Shown: one piece after another, positions 63,031 through 64,000 of the stretch | Layout of the letters: each line of letters opens with the position of its first letter | How positions within the stretch are numbered: position 1 is the first letter of the stretch | Assembly (NCBI RefSeq): GCF_030144855.1 | Contig: NC_082710.1 | Span: 171,988,001 to 172,052,000 of the forward strand | Length of the DNA stretch: 64,000 bases | Direction: 5' to 3' | DNA from: Hypanus sabinus | Taxonomy: Eukaryota | The notes under the pieces: model-generated | Seen by the model: the letters and a program-made list of their open reading frames with translations, nothing else | What the model was told of the DNA's origin: nothing | The model's database searches: none | Translations under genes and position numbers: made by a program

Positions 63031-63372
63031 TACAAGGGGTGACTGATAAGTTCCTGGCCTAATGTAGAAGGAGTCAATTTTAGAAAACCTAGCACATTTA
63101 TTTTTCAACATAGTCCCCTCCTACAATTACACACTTAGTCCAGTGGTCGTGGAGCATACAGATCTTGGACCTCCAGAAAGTGTCCACAGCAGGGGTAATT
63201 AATAAGTTTGTGGCCTAAGGTAGAAGGATATGAGTTATACAGCTCTCGTTACATGCACATACAGTTCAACTCTGAGTGATTATGCAGAAAGTTTGAAGTT
63301 AATAACTCATCAGGGGTGATTGATACGTTTGTAGCCTAAAGTAGAAGGAGGTGTTATTAACTTCAAACTTTC
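63031..63372. mobile_element. Mariner-derived MITE-like element with repeated TIR-like units
   Basis: Three copies of aggggt(g/a)a(c/t)t(g/a)ata(a/c)gtt...gcctaa(t/g/a)gtagaagga at about 63031, 63188 and 63311. Confidence 0.6.
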
Positions 63373-63619
63373 GGCATTTCCTCCAGTGCGAGTTTCAGAG
63401 ACTCTGTACAAAATACTTATCCTTTGGCTCCCCTTTAAATTAATTTTCCTCTCACGTTAAATCAATGCCCTCCAGTTTTTGATACCACTTCCATTGGGAT
63501 AACATGCTATCTTCCTTAATAAGTCTCTTATAATTATAAATTCCTCTATCAGGTCTCCACTCAGCCTTCCACAAAAAAAAAAGGAAAACAATTCCACTCA
63601 ATCCGATTTCATCCTATAA

Positions 63620-64000
63620 AGCCTATGGTTGTAGACGGGTCATATTCTGCATGGAGGCTCGTCACCAGTGGTGTGCCTCAGGGATCTGTTCTGGGACCCC
63701 TACTCTTCGTGATTATTATAGATGACCTGGACGAGGAAGTGAAGGGATGGGTTATTCAATTTGCTGATGATAGAAAGGTTGGAGGTGTTGTGGATAGTGT
63801 GGAAGGTTGACAAAGGTTACAGCAGGGAATTGAAAGGTTGATAAACTGGGCTGAGAAGTGGCAGGTGGTGTTCACCCAGATAAGTGTGAGGAGGTTAATT
63901 TTAATAAGTTAAGTATGATGGCAGAATACTGTATTAATGGTAAGACTCTTGGCAGTGTGGAGGATCAGAGGGATGTTGGGGTCCGAGTCCATAGGACACT
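63620..64000 (+). mobile_element. CR1 RT fragment
   Basis: [16 protein letters not shown]...FADD motifs. Confidence 0.88.

Noticed and set aside
1-64000. CRISPR arrays, rRNA/tRNA genes, prokaryotic operons
   Set aside because: None seen; the sequence is spliced vertebrate DNA, and tRNA-like boxes belong to SINE heads.

Overview
This is vertebrate genomic DNA. The repeat content (CR1 LINEs with SGNH-esterase ORF1, Penelope-like elements, tRNA-derived SINEs) points to a cartilaginous fish, most likely a ray or skate; this is inference. Roughly two-thirds to three-quarters of the window is transposon-derived by eye. The host genes are a minus-strand cluster of immunoglobulin-superfamily receptors with a germline-joined VJ-type domain, NKp30/CD28/PD-1-like. 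Locus A (64-6530) is a complete 5-exon gene: leader, V, uncharged TM, a 35-nt exon, and a tail with two ITIM-type motifs (275 aa predicted). Locus B/C (47814-58081) is a segmental paralog with an internally duplicated V+TM cassette: one leader, two V exons, two TM exons (the upstream one frameshifted by a 1-nt deletion) and one ITIM tail. All V/TM junctions are phase 1, so a two-V receptor, two single-V receptors or a soluble V are all possible by splicing. The TE-rich spacer holds a tandem duplication (about 22.3-25.8 kb and 26.9-30.0 kb) with V-less candidate exons encoding lysine-containing TM segments, which suggests relic or long-range-spliced activating partners. It also holds orphan tyrosine-motif exons, a Tc1 element interrupted by a solo LTR and a CR1, a full-length CR1 with a target-site duplication, and several Penelope-associated minimal hammerhead ribozyme motifs. 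Splice models are read from sequence only and have no transcript support. TE boundaries are approximate unless a TSD is given.
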